Shown: piece by piece, positions 12,411-24,358 of the stretch | How positions within the stretch are numbered: the stretch's first letter is position 1 | Layout: each line of letters starts with the position of its first letter | From: Escherichia coli | GTDB lineage: Bacteria; Pseudomonadota; Gammaproteobacteria; Enterobacterales; Enterobacteriaceae | NCBI RefSeq assembly: GCF_003334305.1 | Contig: NZ_QOWS01000005.1 | DNA: 64,000 nucleotides | Reading direction: 5' to 3' (one strand) | Made by a program: the position numbers and the translations under genes | Notes under the pieces: generated by a model | The model's database searches: none | Told to the model about the DNA's origin: nothing | Seen by the model: the letters and a program-made list of their open reading frames with translations, nothing else

Positions 12411-12845
12411 TTACGGCAGGACTTTCTTAAGCAAATGCTCAAGTGTTGCCACTTCGTCCGCCGTCAGGTTTTTTGTTAATTCTTGGTGCAGGTCCTGGCC
12501 AACTAATTGATGGCATTGTTCACATATTGCCGCGCCGCTGGTGGTAAGTTTTACCAGTACGCCGCGCTTATCATTCGGGTTCGGCAACCTTTCAACCCAG
12601 CCTTTACAGACCAGGCGATCCAGCATACGGGTGAGTGCTCCCAGGTCGACCGACAACACTTTTTTCAGTTCAACCGGAGTAATACACGCCGCGCAGCGGA
12701 TAGAGCAGAGCACCTTAAACTGTGCCGCGGTAATATCCAGCGGAGACAGATACTCGTTAAGCAGACGATCTTTCTTCTGATTAACCATATGGATTAAGCG
12801 ACCCAATGGAATAATTTCATTGAACAGATCGCTGGTACTTTTCAC
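12411..12845 (-). CDS. marR: MarR repressor (144 aa, GTG start)
   Basis: Translation [33 protein letters not shown]... matches MarR. Confidence 0.95.
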
Positions 12846-12850
12846 ATTAG

Positions 12851-12898
12851 TTGCCCTGGCAAGTAATTAGTTGCAGGGGATAATATTGCCCAGGCAAG
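12851..12898 (-). promoter_or_regulatory. marO: two MarR operator palindromes (site II 12851-12862, site I 12887-12898) with the -10 TATTAT (12880-12885) between them
   Basis: Minus-strand reading TTGACT-17 bp-TATTAT with the -35 at 12903-12908 (just outside this span); palindromes TTGCCAGGGCAA and TTGCCTGGGCAA seen directly. Confidence 0.8.
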
Positions 12899-12919
12899 TA
12901 TAAGTCAAATAAATGAATT

Positions 12920-12944
12920 GACCGATGCCACGTTTTGCTAAATC
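12920..12944 (-). promoter_or_regulatory. marbox (MarA/SoxS/Rob binding site) upstream of the marRAB promoter
   Basis: Minus-strand reading GATTTAGCAAAACGTGGCATCGGTC matches the mar marbox sequence as I recall it. Confidence 0.7.
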
Positions 12945-13056
12945 GGTTCAAGTTTTGGTCAATGCGATGCAAGGTTAGCTAAAGAGTGACACTTTATCCT
13001 TGTTTACCCCTTATACTTTTCGCTGATAACCCAGATACACAGGATAACAACCACCA

Positions 13057-13722
13057 ATGTTAGATTTGTTTAAAGCAATTGGCCTGGGGCTGGTGGTGTT
13101 ACTGCCGTTAGCTAACCCATTAACAACTGTCGCGTTATTTCTTGGCCTGGCAGGCAACATGAACAGTGCCGAACGTAATCGTCAGTCGTTGATGGCCTCG
13201 GTGTACGTATTTGCCATCATGATGGTGGCGTATTACGCCGGGCAACTGGTGATGGATACATTTGGCATTTCGATTCCCGGTCTGCGAATTGCAGGCGGCT
13301 TAATCGTCGCGTTTATCGGTTTTCGGATGCTCTTTCCGCAACAGAAAGCGATTGATTCACCGGAGGCGAAAAGCAAGTCGGAAGAGCTGGAAGATGAACC
13401 CAGTGCCAATATTGCCTTTGTGCCGCTAGCAATGCCAAGTACCGCTGGTCCGGGAACCATAGCGATGATTATTAGCTCGGCGTCCACAGTGCGTCAGAGT
13501 TCAACCTTCGCTGATTGGGTACTGATGGTTGCGCCGCCGCTGATCTTTTTCCTGGTGGCGGTTATTTTGTGGGGAAGCCTACGCAGCTCCGGCGCAATTA
13601 TGCGGCTGGTGGGCAAGGGTGGCATTGAAGCGATCTCCCGTCTGATGGGATTCCTGCTGGTATGTATGGGTGTGCAGTTTATTATTAACGGCATCCTGGA
13701 AATCATTAAAACGTACCATTAA
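13057..13722 (+). CDS. marC: MarC-family inner-membrane protein (221 aa)
   Basis: Divergent from marR; multi-TM protein of the expected length. Confidence 0.9.
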   Translation: MLDLFKAIGLGLVVLLPLANPLTTVALFLGLAGNMNSAERNRQSLMASVYVFAIMMVAYYAGQLVMDTFGISIPGLRIAGGLIVAFIGFRMLFPQQKAIDSPEAKSKSEELEDEPSANIAFVPLAMPSTAGPGTIAMIISSASTVRQSSTFADWVLMVAPPLIFFLVAVILWGSLRSSGAIMRLVGKGGIEAISRLMGFLLVCMGVQFIINGILEIIKTYH

Positions 13723-13746
13723 AAAAGGCCCGAATGGGCCTTTCAA

Positions 13747-14937
13747 CTATTGCGTCTGTTCTTCGAGTGTCACTGGCCAGCGGCGAAATATAATGATTGA
13801 CCAAATTAACGCGGCAAAAGCAGGCACCGCGCCCACATAACCAATCATCGACATTGACCAGTGCAAACTCACCTGATTACCTACCAACGCACCCGCCCCG
13901 ATTCCAATATTAAATATGCCGGAGAATAGCGCCATCGCGACGTCGGTAGCATCTGGTGCCAGCGCCAGCACTTTAACCTGCATACCAAGCCCGATGATCA
14001 TCATCGCGATCCCCCAGAAAATACTCAGCACCCCGAGGTGTATTTCACTGTTCGCCGCAGGTAACAGCAATGCCAGGCACACCAGCAACAGCGCAATCGC
14101 CGTACTCACCAACGCAGACGCATACTGATTACCCAGTTTACCGAAAATCACGCTGCCAATAATGCCCGCACCACCGAGTAATAACAGTAATGCCGTGGCA
14201 AAGTTGGCGCTGAATCCCGCAATGTTTTGTACAAAAGGCTCGATATAGCTGTATGCCGTGTAATGGGCGGTGACAACCACCACAGTTAACAAATAAATGC
14301 TCATCAATGCCGGGCGGCGGAACAATAGCGGGAGGCTTTTCAATGAACCGGAATGCTCACTGGGCAGTAAGGGAAGTAACTTAATCAGGCACAAAAGGGT
14401 GATAAGCGCCCCAATACCAATCGCGAAGAAGGTCATTCGCCAACCGAAATACTGGCCCACAATGCGCCCGAGAGGTAAACCTAAGACCATCGCCAGTGCT
14501 GTACCGGTGGCAATTAAACTCAATGCCTGTGCTCGCTTCCCGGCCGGAGCCATACGGATCGCCAGAGACGCCGTAATCGACCAGAAAATCGCATGTGCAA
14601 AAGCCACACCAATGCGACTGATCACCAGAACGGTAAAGCTCCACGACAAAAACGACAGTACGTGGCTGGCAATAAACACCACAAACAGGCAGATCAGTAA
14701 TTTGCGCCGTTCAACCTGACTGGTCATTAACATAAAAGGCAATGACATTAGCGCTACTACCCATGCGTAAATGGTCAACATGATGCCGACCTGAGCGGTT
14801 TGCATGTGAAAACTTTGCGCAATGTCAGAGAGCAGGCCAACAGGGACAAATTCGGTGGTGTTGAAGATGAAGGCGGCGACTGCCAGCGTAACGACCCGTA
14901 GCCACGCCACTTTGCGGGAAACAGTGTTTGTTGTCAT
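13747..14937 (-). CDS. sotB: MFS sugar efflux transporter SotB/YdeA (396 aa)
   Basis: 12-TM MFS protein; position adjacent to marC. Confidence 0.85.
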
Positions 14938-15086
14938 AACAGATTATCGGGTGAGTTGCGAAAAAGTGATGAAATGATCTTAAAACGGTTAATGATGTGA
15001 ATACAATGCATTTGTGATCTGGATCGCGTTTTCCGTTTCTCTGACGCTGATTCTTTCACGCGTCAGAGAGTCGGTAACATCACGGT

Positions 15087-16202
15087 TTAATGACGTTCAG
15101 GGAGGTCTGGCGTTTTGGAGGTTGCGGGTATAGGTGGTCTGACAGGGGAGCGAGGCCTGTTTTTCACCAGGTCTTCGTGAGTAACTTTTGGCGGCGTTTC
15201 ATTTTTTACAAAAAGTTTGAGGGTCCTGCGCGCCATATGTTTGATAATTTTATCATCACTTAATGATGCTGGCATCAACACGTCATTCAAATCACTTTCA
15301 TTGGGATTCATAAATTGGTGATAGTGCAATAACATATTGGCGAAAAATAAAAACAAGTCCTGAAAATGAGGAGATTCTTGTTCTGCTAAAAGGGATAAAA
15401 AGCAGATGCAGACTTCGGGTAGTACATGTTTGTTAGAACCTAATGAATCCATCAGGCTTTGCAATAAATCCTCTTTTAATTCGCTGTCCGTTATGTCGAG
15501 AATGGCGGTGTTCAAGTTAGGATCTTTATTGACGAACCATCTGTGAACCTCAGAGTTATTCCATAATCGGGGGAGTATGACAAAATTACCGCGAGAGATA
15601 AAATTCAGGACAAGCAAATCAAACTGGCGTAAGTAATCTGCAGCGGTATGGTGATCCGGAGGCAGGGGTTCAATATGTGGTGTATGCGCTCTTTTGATGG
15701 GAGCGCCAGGGTTGATCATCGGAAATTGTTCAATAAAATCATTCAGAAACAGAAAGGGCACACGCTCGACGCCGGTCTGAAATACGCGCCCCATAGTGAC
15801 AGGCTTTGGGTTGGGAGCGCAAAAAATATTAATTTCTCCATCATGGCGAAAATTATCTAAATAAATAGGGCTTAAATTTATTACTACCTGAAATTCAATA
15901 TTTTCTTTGTGTCTTCCATTCTTGACGGGATAAGTGAGTTTAAACTGAACCTTTTCATTGTATAGCGTGTCGTTACCCCGGAAAGAAGTCCTCTGAATAT
16001 ATGATAAGTTATCAAGGTTATTAAATATCTTTTTTGTGGCTGAGTTGATGTTTAAAGACGTGCGCCACTCTTCATCACATATTATGGTACTGAGTGCATC
16101 AATAAAATCCTTTAAAACTTCTTTTACCTGAGGTGCAATATTACGAGCGGGAAAATCATCAGGAAGAGATATATAATTGCTGATGCTTACTGGCGTAACC
16201 AT
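15087..16202 (-). CDS. yneK: Uncharacterised protein YneK (371 aa)
   Basis: Long AT-rich ORF with no recognisable catalytic motif; position between sotB and yneJ. Confidence 0.75.
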   Translation of the reverse strand: MVTPVSISNYISLPDDFPARNIAPQVKEVLKDFIDALSTIICDEEWRTSLNINSATKKIFNNLDNLSYIQRTSFRGNDTLYNEKVQFKLTYPVKNGRHKENIEFQVVINLSPIYLDNFRHDGEINIFCAPNPKPVTMGRVFQTGVERVPFLFLNDFIEQFPMINPGAPIKRAHTPHIEPLPPDHHTAADYLRQFDLLVLNFISRGNFVILPRLWNNSEVHRWFVNKDPNLNTAILDITDSELKEDLLQSLMDSLGSNKHVLPEVCICFLSLLAEQESPHFQDLFLFFANMLLHYHQFMNPNESDLNDVLMPASLSDDKIIKHMARRTLKLFVKNETPPKVTHEDLVKNRPRSPVRPPIPATSKTPDLPERH

Positions 16203-16279
16203 ATTTGCCCCATATAGTCATAAGTCATCGGAACATCACTATATAGGGCATTTGAGCTGCAAGAACTATCAAAAATAGC

Positions 16280-17161
16280 TCATTGGTAACCCTGTTTTGC
16301 CGAGTCAGGCACATCCAGTAGTTGAATAAATGCCTCAAGCGGACGCGTTTTCGCACCACGACGCCAGACCAGCCAGGTTGTTAACCAACGCCATTGCTCA
16401 GCTAACGGCCACGCTTCAACCTGGTGATGCCCCGGCATACTTTCCAGCATAGAGCGTGGAATAAGCGCAATGCCTGCTCCTGCGACCACACAGGCCAACA
16501 TCCCGTGATACGACTCCATCTCGTGAATAGTTCCCGGAGCGGCACCGTCAGCATGAAACCAGCTCTCGAAGTGGCGACGATACGAACAATTGGCGCGGAA
16601 GGCATAAATGTTACTGCCGTTAACCTGACTGGCGCGGATTACTGGCGCATGACCTTGTGGCGTGACGATCATCAGCTCCTCGCGGTATACCGGTATCCCG
16701 TCAATGGCAGTATGGTTAATGGGCCCATCAATAAATGCCGCATTCAGTTTTCCCTCCAGCACTCCTTCCAGCATAGTGCCGGAAGGGCCGGTGGAAAGTG
16801 AAAACTGAATTTTGGGATAACGATGGTTGAATTCCGCCAGCGTGGCCGGAATGCGCACTGCTGCGGTGCTTTCCAGCGAACCAAGAGAAAATAAACCTTG
16901 CGGCTCATCGCCAGCGACAACGCTCCGCGCTTCATCCACTAACGCGAGAATTTGTTGGCTATAGCGTAAAAAGTTATGCCCGGCAGGAGAGAGACGTAAA
17001 CGCTGATTCTCGCGAATAAACAGATCTACCCCCAGTTCTGTTTCCAGCTGGCGTAGACGGGTAGTGAGATTCGACGGCACGCGATGCACTATTGCTGCTG
17101 CCTGGGTTATGCTGCCAGCTTCGGCAACCGCGTTGAACATCTCCAGTTGTGTCAGATCCAT
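16280..17161 (-). CDS. yneJ: LysR-family transcriptional regulator YneJ (293 aa)
   Basis: N-terminal LysR HTH ([23 protein letters not shown]); divergent from sad. Confidence 0.9.
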   Translation of the reverse strand: MDLTQLEMFNAVAEAGSITQAAAIVHRVPSNLTTRLRQLETELGVDLFIRENQRLRLSPAGHNFLRYSQQILALVDEARSVVAGDEPQGLFSLGSLESTAAVRIPATLAEFNHRYPKIQFSLSTGPSGTMLEGVLEGKLNAAFIDGPINHTAIDGIPVYREELMIVTPQGHAPVIRASQVNGSNIYAFRANCSYRRHFESWFHADGAAPGTIHEMESYHGMLACVVAGAGIALIPRSMLESMPGHHQVEAWPLAEQWRWLTTWLVWRRGAKTRPLEAFIQLLDVPDSAKQGYQ

Positions 17162-17261
17162 AATATTCTCGATTCGTGAATAAGTGGCTTAATATTATTC
17201 ATTTTAAAGCAAGAGTAAATCTGCGTATCTTCATACCATGACTCATAAAGGAGATACCCCG

Positions 17262-18650
17262 ATGACCATTACTCCGGCAACTCATGCAATTTCAATAAAT
17301 CCTGCCACGGGTGAACAACTTTCTGTGCTGCCGTGGGCTGGCGCTAACGATATCGAAAACGCACTTCAGCTGGCGGCAGCAGGCTTTCGCGACTGGCGCG
17401 AGACAAATATAGATTATCGTGCTGAAAAACTGCGTGGTATCGGTAAGGCTCTGCGCGCCCGTAGCGAAGAAATGGCGCAAATGATCACCCGTGAAATGGG
17501 CAAACCAATCAATCAGGCGCGCGCTGAAGTGGCGAAATCGGCGAATTTGTGTGACTGGTATGCAGAACATGGTCCGGCAATGCTGAAGGCGGAACCTACG
17601 CTGGTGGAAAATCAGCAGGCAGTTATTGAGTATCGACCGTTGGGGACGATTCTGGCGATTATGCCGTGGAACTTTCCGTTATGGCAGGTGATGCGTGGCG
17701 CGGTTCCCATCATTCTTGCAGGTAACGGCTACTTACTTAAACATGCGCCGAATGTGATGGGCTGTGCTCAGCTCATTGCCCAGGTGTTTAAAGATGCGGG
17801 AATCCCGCAAGGCGTATATGGCTGGCTGAATGCCGACAACGACGGTGTCAGTCAAATGATTAAAGATTCGCGCATTGCTGCTGTCACGGTGACCGGAAGT
17901 GTTCGTGCGGGAGCGGCTATTGGCGCACAGGCTGGAGCGGCACTGAAAAAATGCGTACTGGAACTGGGCGGTTCGGATCCATTTATTGTGCTTAACGATG
18001 CCGATCTGGAACTGGCGGTTAAAGCGGCGGTAGCCGGACGTTATCAGAATACCGGACAGGTTTGTGCAGCGGCAAAACGCTTTATTATCGAAGAGGGAAT
18101 TGCTTCTGCATTTACCGAACGTTTTGTGGCAGCTGCGGCAGCCTTGAAAATGGGCGATCCCCGTGATGAAGAGAACGCTCTCGGACCAATGGCTCGTTTT
18201 GATTTACGTGATGAGCTGCATCATCAGGTGGAGAAAACCCTGGCGCAGGGTGCGCGTTTGTTACTGGGCGGGGAAAAGATGGCTGGGGCAGGTAACTACT
18301 ATCCGCCAACGGTTCTGGCGAATGTTACCCCAGAAATGACCGCGTTTCGGGAAGAAATGTTTGGCCCTGTTGCGGCAATCACCGTTGCGAAAGATGCAGA
18401 ACATGCGCTGGAACTGGCTAATGATAGTGAGTTCGGCCTTTCAGCGACCATTTTTACCACCGACGAAACACAGGCCAGACAGATGGCGGCACGTCTGGAA
18501 TGCGGTGGGGTGTTTATCAATGGTTATTGTGCCAGCGACGCGCGAGTGGCCTTTGGTGGCGTGAAAAAGAGTGGCTTTGGTCGTGAGCTTTCCCATTTCG
18601 GCTTACACGAATTCTGTAATATCCAGACGGTGTGGAAAGACCGGATCTGA
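17262..18650 (+). CDS. sad: NAD-dependent succinate-semialdehyde dehydrogenase Sad/YneI (462 aa)
   Basis: Aldehyde dehydrogenase motifs (ELGGSDP, catalytic Cys in QVCAAAKR); AAGGAG RBS 8 nt upstream of ATG at 17262. Confidence 0.9.
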   Translation: MTITPATHAISINPATGEQLSVLPWAGANDIENALQLAAAGFRDWRETNIDYRAEKLRGIGKALRARSEEMAQMITREMGKPINQARAEVAKSANLCDWYAEHGPAMLKAEPTLVENQQAVIEYRPLGTILAIMPWNFPLWQVMRGAVPIILAGNGYLLKHAPNVMGCAQLIAQVFKDAGIPQGVYGWLNADNDGVSQMIKDSRIAAVTVTGSVRAGAAIGAQAGAALKKCVLELGGSDPFIVLNDADLELAVKAAVAGRYQNTGQVCAAAKRFIIEEGIASAFTERFVAAAAALKMGDPRDEENALGPMARFDLRDELHHQVEKTLAQGARLLLGGEKMAGAGNYYPPTVLANVTPEMTAFREEMFGPVAAITVAKDAEHALELANDSEFGLSATIFTTDETQARQMAARLECGGVFINGYCASDARVAFGGVKKSGFGRELSHFGLHEFCNIQTVWKDRI

Positions 18651-18677
18651 CGCGACATATTCAGCTCTGATATACTC

Positions 18678-18697
18678 GCAGGTCTTTTCAGACCTGC
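18678..18697 (+). other. Intercistronic hairpin between sad and glsB (8-bp stem, tttc loop, no T-run)
   Basis: gcaggtct-tttc-agacctgc perfect inverted repeat. Confidence 0.4.
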
Positions 18698-18713
18698 GGT
18701 CCAGGAGTAGAAA

Positions 18714-19640
18714 GTGGCAGTCGCCATGGATAATGCAATTTTAGAAAACATCTTGCGGCAAGTGCGGCCGCTCATTGGTCAGGGTAAAGTCGCGGATTAT
18801 ATTCCGGCGCTGGCTACAGTAGACGGTTCCCGATTGGGCATTGCTATCTGTACCGTTGACGGACAGCTTTTTCAGGCCGGAGACGCGCAAGAACGTTTTT
18901 CCATTCAGTCTATTTCCAAAGTGCTGAGTCTCGTTGTCGCCATGCGTCATTACTCCGAAGAGGAAATCTGGCAACGCGTCGGCAAAGATCCGTCTGGATC
19001 ACCGTTCAATTCTTTAGTGCAACTGGAAATGGAGCAGGGTATTCCGCGTAATCCGTTTATTAATGCTGGTGCGCTGGTGGTTTGCGATATGTTGCAAGGG
19101 CGATTAAGCGCACCACGGCAACGTATGCTGGAAGTCGTGCGCGGCTTAAGCGGTGTGTCTGATATTTCATACAATACGGTGGTAGCGCGTTCCGAATTTG
19201 AACATTCCGCGCGAAATGCGGCTATCGCCTGGCTGATGAAGTCGTTTGGCAATTTCCATCATGATGTGACAACCGTTCTGCAAAACTACTTTCATTACTG
19301 CGCTCTGAAAATGAGCTGTGTAGAGCTGGCCCGGACGTTTGTCTTTCTGGCTAATCAGGGGAAAGCTATTCATATTGATGAACCTGTGGTGACGCCAATG
19401 CAGGCGCGGCAAATTAACGCGCTGATGGCGACCAGTGGTATGTACCAGAACGCGGGGGAGTTTGCCTGGCGGGTGGGGCTACCGGCGAAATCTGGCGTTG
19501 GTGGCGGTATTGTGGCGATTGTTCCGCATGAAATGGCCATCGCTGTCTGGAGTCCGGAACTGGATGATGCAGGTAACTCGCTTGCGGGTATTGCCGTCCT
19601 TGAACAATTGACGAAACAGTTAGGGCGTTCGGTTTATTAA
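18714..19640 (+). CDS. glsB: Glutaminase 2 (GlsB/YneH), 308 aa
   Basis: Serine-dependent glutaminase motifs ([16 protein letters not shown]). Confidence 0.9.
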   Translation: MAVAMDNAILENILRQVRPLIGQGKVADYIPALATVDGSRLGIAICTVDGQLFQAGDAQERFSIQSISKVLSLVVAMRHYSEEEIWQRVGKDPSGSPFNSLVQLEMEQGIPRNPFINAGALVVCDMLQGRLSAPRQRMLEVVRGLSGVSDISYNTVVARSEFEHSARNAAIAWLMKSFGNFHHDVTTVLQNYFHYCALKMSCVELARTFVFLANQGKAIHIDEPVVTPMQARQINALMATSGMYQNAGEFAWRVGLPAKSGVGGGIVAIVPHEMAIAVWSPELDDAGNSLAGIAVLEQLTKQLGRSVY

Positions 19641-19999
19641 TGCAGTCTCTCGATCCACTCTTCGCGCGTTTATCCCGTTCAAAATTTCGCTCTCGCTTTC
19701 GTCTGGGCATGAAAGAGCGTCAGTATTGCCTGGAGAAAGGCGCGCCAGTCATCGAACAACATGCGGCGGATTTTGTCGCTAAACGTCTTGCTCCGGCATT
19801 ACCGGCTAATGACGGTAAGCAAACCCCCATGCGCGGGCATCCGGTGTTTATCGCTCAGCACGCCACCGCGACCTGCTGTCGCGGTTGTCTGGCTAAGTGG
19901 CATAACATTCCGCAGGGTGTTTCGTTAAGCGAAGAACAACAACGTTATATCGTGGCGGTAATCTATCACTGGCTGGTTGTACAGATGAATCAGCCATGA
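19640..19999 (+). CDS. yneG: DUF4186-family protein YneG (119 aa)
   Basis: ATG overlaps the glsB stop (translational coupling); Cys-rich small protein. Confidence 0.8.
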   Translation: MQSLDPLFARLSRSKFRSRFRLGMKERQYCLEKGAPVIEQHAADFVAKRLAPALPANDGKQTPMRGHPVFIAQHATATCCRGCLAKWHNIPQGVSLSEEQQRYIVAVIYHWLVVQMNQP

Positions 20000-20137
20000 G
20001 AATTGCGGAAAACGATAAAATAGCATTCCCAGGGTACCTTTATTTGCCGCCGCTGTTAGCGAACATGCTATCCTTTATGAGAATTTACTTATTACGTTGA
20101 GATAATTGCCACCCGCAATTGTATGGACAGATAATTA

Positions 20138-21556
20138 ATGCATGTACACCCCATTTCAACTTTCCGTTTGTTCCAGGAAGGTCATCTGCTACGTAATAGC
20201 ATCGCTATTTTTGCGCTAACCACGCTGTTCTATTTTATTGGTGCAGAGTTACGGCTGGTTCACGAACTTTCTCTTTTCTGGCCGCTGAATGGCGTAATGG
20301 CGGGGGTGTTTGCCCGCTATGTCTGGCTTAATCGACTGCATTACTATGCGATCAGTTATGTGGCGATGCTGGTTTATGATGCCATAACCACCGAATGGGG
20401 ACTGGTTTCACTGGTTATCAATTTCTCCAATATGATGTTTATTGTTACCGTCGCCTTACTGGTCGTGCGGGATAAGCGTCTGGGGAAAAATAAGTATGAG
20501 CCAGTAAGTGCCTTACGGCTATTTAATTACTGTCTCATTGCCGCATTATTATGCGCTATTGTCGGGGCGATTGGTTCGGTCAGTATTGATAGTCTGGATT
20601 TCTGGCCTTTGCTTGCGGACTGGTTCAGTGAGCAATTCTCAACGGGCGTTTTGATCGTGCCTTGTATGCTGACGTTGGCTATTCCTGGAGTGCTGCCGCG
20701 CTTTAAAGCAGAACAGATGATGCCCGCCATCGCGCTTATTGTGTCGGTTATTGCCTCGGTAGTCATTGGCGGAGCGGGGAGTCTGGCGTTCCCGCTGCCT
20801 GCATTAATCTGGTGTGCAGTGCGCTATACGCCGCAGGTAACATGTCTGTTGACCTTTGTCACCGGTGCGGTGGAAATCGTACTGGTGGCAAATTCGGTGA
20901 TTGATATCTCGGTCGGTTCGCCGTTCTCCATTCCGGAAATGTTCTCCGCACGTCTCGGTATTGCCACGATGGCGATATGCCCAATTATGGTTTCTTTTAG
21001 CGTGGCAGCGATCAATTCGCTAATGAAGCAAGTTGCGCTGCGAGCCGACTTTGATTTTCTGACTCAGGTTTACTCACGGTCCGGTCTTTATGAGGCGCTG
21101 AAAAGTCCATCGCTGAAACAGACACAACATCTGACGGTCATGCTGCTTGATATTGACTATTTCAAAAGCATTAACGATAACTATGGACATGAATGTGGCG
21201 ATAAAGTGTTAAGCGTGTTTGCCCGGCATATTCAGAAGATTGTCGGTGATAAGGGGCTGGTGGCGCGCATGGGCGGCGAAGAATTTGCTGTTGCAGTGCC
21301 GTCGGTGAATCCTGTCGATGGTCTGCTAATGGCGGAAAAAATCCGTAAAGGCGTTGAACTGCAACCATTCACCTGGCAACAAAAAACGCTTTATCTCACG
21401 GTAAGTATTGGCGTCGGTAGTGGTCGCGCATCGTACCGAACGCTGACCGATGATTTTAATAAATTGATGGTCGAAGCCGATACGTGTCTGTATCGCTCGA
21501 AGAAAGATGGGCGCAACCGTACCAGCACTATGCGTTACGGTGAGGAAGTTGTCTGA
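20138..21556 (+). CDS. dgcF: Membrane-anchored diguanylate cyclase DgcF/YneF (472 aa)
   Basis: N-terminal multi-TM domain plus C-terminal GGDEF domain (RMGGEEF). Confidence 0.85.
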   Translation: MHVHPISTFRLFQEGHLLRNSIAIFALTTLFYFIGAELRLVHELSLFWPLNGVMAGVFARYVWLNRLHYYAISYVAMLVYDAITTEWGLVSLVINFSNMMFIVTVALLVVRDKRLGKNKYEPVSALRLFNYCLIAALLCAIVGAIGSVSIDSLDFWPLLADWFSEQFSTGVLIVPCMLTLAIPGVLPRFKAEQMMPAIALIVSVIASVVIGGAGSLAFPLPALIWCAVRYTPQVTCLLTFVTGAVEIVLVANSVIDISVGSPFSIPEMFSARLGIATMAICPIMVSFSVAAINSLMKQVALRADFDFLTQVYSRSGLYEALKSPSLKQTQHLTVMLLDIDYFKSINDNYGHECGDKVLSVFARHIQKIVGDKGLVARMGGEEFAVAVPSVNPVDGLLMAEKIRKGVELQPFTWQQKTLYLTVSIGVGSGRASYRTLTDDFNKLMVEADTCLYRSKKDGRNRTSTMRYGEEVV

Positions 21557-21782
21557 CATCTTTATTCATTCCGCGCGATTTGAATGCAATGTGTTCTACC
21601 ACTTTATGATCCAGGAAAAGGCGTATTTCCTCGATTAAACCATGATCCGCGCCACACTTTTCTCATAAAACTGCTCATTAATCATCAGGAGTTGATCAAA
21701 ACAGGGGTTCGGCGTATTAAAGTTTGCTAACCTGTCGTACCAATTCAAACAGGTTGTATGACTAATCAGAAGGGAACCCATT

Positions 21783-23234
21783 GTGAAAACACTAAATCGT
21801 CGCGATTTTCCCGGTGCACAGTATCCAGAACGTATCATTCAGTTTGGTGAAGGTAACTTCCTGCGCGCCTTTGTTGACTGGCAAATCGATCTCCTGAATG
21901 AGCACACCGATCTGAATTCTGGCGTGGTCGTTGTTCGTCCGATTGAAACTTCATTCCCACCGTCACTGAGCACGCAGGATGGTCTGTACACCACCATTAT
22001 CCGTGGCCTGAATGAGAAGGGGGAAGCGGTCAGCGACGCGCGTCTGATTCGCTCGGTTAATCGTGAAATCAGCGTCTACAGTGAATACGATGAATTCCTG
22101 AAACTGGCTCACAACCCGGAAATGCGCTTTGTTTTCTCTAATACCACCGAAGCGGGTATCAGCTACCATGCGGGCGATAAATTCGATGACGCGCCAGCGG
22201 TAAGTTATCCGGCAAAACTGACCCGTCTGCTGTTCGAACGTTTTAGCCATTTCAACGGTGCGCTGGATAAAGGTTGGATCATCATCCCGTGTGAGTTGAT
22301 CGACTACAATGGCGACGCGTTGCGTGAACTGGTGCTGCGCTATGCGCAAGAGTGGGCACTGCCAGAAGCATTTATTCAATGGCTGGATCAGGCTAACAGC
22401 TTCTGTTCTACGCTGGTGGACCGTATCGTTACCGGTTATCCGCGCGATGAAGTGGCTAAACTGGAAGAAGAGCTGGGTTATCACGATGGTTTTCTCGACA
22501 CCGCTGAACACTTTTACCTGTTTGTGATTCAGGGACCGAAATCCTTAGCGACTGAACTGCGTCTGGACAAATATCCGCTCAACGTGCTGATTGTTGACGA
22601 TATTAAACCGTACAAAGAACGCAAAGTGGCAATCCTCAACGGTGCGCACACCGCGCTGGTGCCGGTGGCGTTCCAGGCAGGGCTGGATACCGTAGGTGAA
22701 GCGATGAACGATGCTGAAATTTGCGCATTCGTTGAAAAAGCTATCTACGAAGAAATTATTCCGGTACTGGATTTGCCTCGTGATGAACTGGAATCTTTCG
22801 CCAGTGCAGTCACCGGGCGTTTCCGTAACCCGTACATTAAGCATCAGCTGCTGTCTATCGCGCTCAACGGTATGACCAAGTTCCGCACTCGCATCCTGCC
22901 GCAGCTGCTGGCAGGGCAGAAGGCAAAAGGCACACTTCCGGCGCGCCTTACTTTCGCATTAGCGGCATTGATTGCCTTCTATCGTGGTGAGCGTAACGGA
23001 GAAACATATCCGGTACAGGACGATGCACACTGGCTGGAACGTTATCAGCAACTCTGGAGCCAGCATCGTGACCGTGTTATCGGTACCCAGGAACTGGTAG
23101 CGATTGTGTTGGCAGAAAAAGACCACTGGGAGCAGGACCTGACGCAAGTGCCTGGTCTGGTCGAGCAGGTTGCTAATGACCTGGATGCGATTCTTGAAAA
23201 AGGGATGCGCGAAGCTGTACGTCCGTTGTGCTAA
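21783..23234 (+). CDS. uxaB: Altronate oxidoreductase UxaB (483 aa, GTG start)
   Basis: Translation [30 protein letters not shown]... matches the mannitol-dehydrogenase-family enzyme UxaB. Confidence 0.95.
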   Translation: MKTLNRRDFPGAQYPERIIQFGEGNFLRAFVDWQIDLLNEHTDLNSGVVVVRPIETSFPPSLSTQDGLYTTIIRGLNEKGEAVSDARLIRSVNREISVYSEYDEFLKLAHNPEMRFVFSNTTEAGISYHAGDKFDDAPAVSYPAKLTRLLFERFSHFNGALDKGWIIIPCELIDYNGDALRELVLRYAQEWALPEAFIQWLDQANSFCSTLVDRIVTGYPRDEVAKLEEELGYHDGFLDTAEHFYLFVIQGPKSLATELRLDKYPLNVLIVDDIKPYKERKVAILNGAHTALVPVAFQAGLDTVGEAMNDAEICAFVEKAIYEEIIPVLDLPRDELESFASAVTGRFRNPYIKHQLLSIALNGMTKFRTRILPQLLAGQKAKGTLPARLTFALAALIAFYRGERNGETYPVQDDAHWLERYQQLWSQHRDRVIGTQELVAIVLAEKDHWEQDLTQVPGLVEQVANDLDAILEKGMREAVRPLC

Positions 23235-23440
23235 TAACACCGTTACTTCTGAACCCGGTTTCGACCGGGTTTCTTATTTCACTATATTAGTTACAACATC
23301 CTATGTGCCTTTATCATTAACAGGTGCCACATGCAGCGCCTGTTAATGTTGTAAGCTTGTAGGTAATTTGTAAGTAGCGTCTTGAGAATGTGATCGTAAT
23401 CACGTTTAATAGGGCGACTTTTCCACGCCTGAAGATAACC

Positions 23441-24355
23441 ATGATTGTTCGTCCACAACAACACTGGCTGCGCCGTATTTTTGTCTGGCACGGCTCAGTA
23501 TTATCCAAGATATCCTCGCGCTTACTACTCAATTTTCTCTTTTCTATCGCTGTTATATTCATGCTGCCCTGGTACACGCATCTGGGCATCAAATTCACCC
23601 TCGCACCGTTCAGCATTCTCGGTGTCGCCATCGCCATTTTTCTTGGTTTTCGTAATAATGCCGGGTACGCCCGTTACGTTGAAGCGCGAAAACTTTGGGG
23701 GCAGTTGATGATTGCCTCACGGTCGTTACTGCGCGAGGTAAAAACGACATTGCCGGATTCGGCAAGTGTAAGGGAGTTTGCCCGGCTGCAAATCGCCTTC
23801 GCCCACTGTTTACGCATGACATTACGCAAACAGCCACAGGCGGAAGTGCTGGCTCATTATCTCAAGACTGAAGATCTTCAGCGTGTACTGGCTTCGAACT
23901 CTCCAGCTAACCGTATCTTGTTAATAATGGGAGAATGGTTGGCGGTTCAGCGCCGCAATGGACAGCTTTCAGATATCCTGTTTATTAGCCTCAACGATCG
24001 GCTTAATGATATTTCAGCGGTTCTGGCAGGCTGTGAGCGCATTGCCTACACGCCAATTCCCTTTGCCTACACCCTGATTTTGCATCGTACCGTTTATCTG
24101 TTTTGTATCATGCTGCCGTTCGCGCTGGTCGTGGACCTGCATTACATGACGCCTTTTATCTCTGTGCTGATTTCCTACACTTTTATTTCGCTGGATTGTC
24201 TGGCGGAAGAACTGGAAGATCCGTTCGGTACTGAAAACAATGATTTACCGCTGGATGCCATCTGCAACGCTATTGAAATTGACCTGTTACAGATGAACGA
24301 TGAAGCAGAAATTCCAGCAAAAATTCTTCCCGATCGTCATTACCAGCTGACGTGA
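23441..24355 (+). CDS. yneE: Bestrophin-like membrane protein YneE (304 aa)
   Basis: Internal ATG gives 304 aa; multi-TM N-terminal region. Confidence 0.8.
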   Translation: MIVRPQQHWLRRIFVWHGSVLSKISSRLLLNFLFSIAVIFMLPWYTHLGIKFTLAPFSILGVAIAIFLGFRNNAGYARYVEARKLWGQLMIASRSLLREVKTTLPDSASVREFARLQIAFAHCLRMTLRKQPQAEVLAHYLKTEDLQRVLASNSPANRILLIMGEWLAVQRRNGQLSDILFISLNDRLNDISAVLAGCERIAYTPIPFAYTLILHRTVYLFCIMLPFALVVDLHYMTPFISVLISYTFISLDCLAEELEDPFGTENNDLPLDAICNAIEIDLLQMNDEAEIPAKILPDRHYQLT

Positions 24356-24358
24356 TAA

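Noticed and set aside
12507-12797. Plus-strand ORFs antisense to marR
   Set aside because: marR/marA/marB translations match known proteins exactly; the antisense ORFs are spurious.
21963-22511. 182-aa minus-strand ORF antisense to uxaB
   Set aside because: Fully embedded in uxaB, whose translation matches a known enzyme end to end; no independent start signals.
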